From the NCBI GenBank assembly GCA_965235115.1, contig OZ249448.1, positions 7,626,001 to 7,690,000 on the forward strand: a stretch of DNA of 64,000 bases. The letters run 5' to 3'. This stretch comes from Laetmonice hystrix. Taxonomy: Eukaryota. Under the pieces are notes generated by a model. That model saw only the letters and a program-made list of their open reading frames with translations, ran no database searches and was not told the origin of the DNA. A program made the translations under genes and the position numbers. This document shows, piece after piece, positions 62,697-64,000 of the stretch; position 1 is the first letter of the stretch, and every line of letters begins with the position of its first letter.

Positions 62697-63293
62697 AAAT
62701 CCAATCTGTTAACAGGCTGGGAAATATGGCCAGCTACACAACTTGGATGTTCCAGACACGTTCATAAATCCCTGTTAACAGGCTGGGAAATATGGCCAGC
62801 TACACAACTTGGATGTTCCAGACACGTTCATAAATCCCTGTTAACAGGCTGGGAAATATGGCCAGCTACACAACTTGGATGTTCCAGCCACGTTCATAAA
62901 TCCCTGTTAACAGGCTGGGAAATATGGCCAGCTACACAACTTGGATGTTCCAGCCACGTTCATAAATCCCCGTTAACAGGCTGGGAAATATGGCCAGCTA
63001 CACAACTTGGATGTTCCAGCCACGTTCATAAATCCCTGTTAACAGGCTGGGAAATATGGCCAGCTACACAACTTGGATGTTCCAGCCACGTTCATAAATC
63101 CCTGTTAACAGGCTGGGAAATATGACCAGCTACACAACTTGGATGTTCCAGCCACGTTCATAAATCCCCGTTAACAGGCTGGGAAATATGGCCAGCTACA
63201 CAACTTGGATGTTCCAGCCACGTTCATAAATCCCTGTTAACAGGCTGGGAAATATGGCCAGCTACACAACTTGGATGTTCCAGACACGTTCAT
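62697..63293. repeat. Minisatellite, 66-bp unit, about 9 copies, with internal palindrome cctgttaacagg
   Basis: Unit aaatccctgttaacaggctgggaaatatggccagctacacaacttggatgttccagccacgttcat. Confidence 0.95.
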
Positions 63294-64000
63294 CGCTGGA
63301 AAAAAAAGGGACTGTTCTACGACCTAAGCTTACAAGCATCAAAGCCAATGACCTTCTGACAAAGCCAAAAATCTGTTCTTATAGGAGAAGTTCTGGTACA
63401 AAAATGCATTCAACTCCATCTGTTGCATGAGTGGTATACAAATGTTGTAGTAAAAAGAATTGGGCATTTCGCGCATGCTAACCCACCCCCCGACGTGCTT
63501 CCATAACGCCAGTTTAGGCTCTAACATGTCTCCAATAAGACTCCAATACCCACAGATGGTCAGGTCTGGCTGTAGACAAGGAATAGACGTAGATAGTTAC
63601 TTCTGCTGGTCTACATTATAAAAACAACCTCACAATGTCCCTCAACCAAGTCTGACCCACATTCTGTATTCCGATAACCGGCTGAGCAAACCGTGGCTGA
63701 ACCGGCCAAGCCTACAGGCAGTTAATCTAATCGATGCATGAACTGATTCACACTTCGTGGTGTTTACCACATTCAAGATACAGTCAATTAAAGCAATTAG
63801 CACACGTCTGTTAATGATAACATTCTAACGGTCTAATAAAACAACCATCATGCCTTGTTATTACTTCTACAAACAACTAACAGAGGAATTCTAGAACTTG
63901 ACACAAGATGTTTTACGTCCTATCCGTGTAAGGAGACCTATAATTGGACAACTGTCATCGGATTTTATCCACCAGCTCTGTAATCTTCGCCCTGATTGGT

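Noticed and set aside
62658-63125. ORF with 22-aa repeats
   Set aside because: Frame-preserving 66-bp repeat, broken by a unit variant carrying a stop.
3036-63293. Regular repeats as possible CRISPR arrays
   Set aside because: Units are contiguous with no unique spacers, there are no cas genes, and the DNA is eukaryotic.

Overview
Eukaryotic (bilaterian animal, probably marine invertebrate) genomic DNA, mostly intronic. The window lies inside one large minus-strand gene of the AUTS2/FBRS/FBRSL1 (tay) family. Five exons (32422-32374, 25349-24698, 17422-17088, 2703-2492, 302-258) have canonical GT-AG sites and compatible phases. They join into a 431-codon open frame containing [20 protein letters not shown], an HQ/HM repeat and MFAPP. 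The gene continues past both window ends, and I recognised no coding exon in the 31.6 kb above 32422. The most interesting signals are candidate alternative architecture of this gene: an internal promoter with a phase-compatible first exon (MLVGIETK, 10377-10353), a second weaker one (24456-24437), a possible mutually exclusive poison exon, a possible 18-nt microexon and tandem acceptors. The introns also hold about 16 unrelated tandem-repeat arrays (about 15% of the window), a tRNA-derived SINE with a 12-bp target-site duplication, a nested foldback element and CTCF/RFX-type motifs. Family assignment rests on my recall of vertebrate AUTS2 sequence; no search was run.
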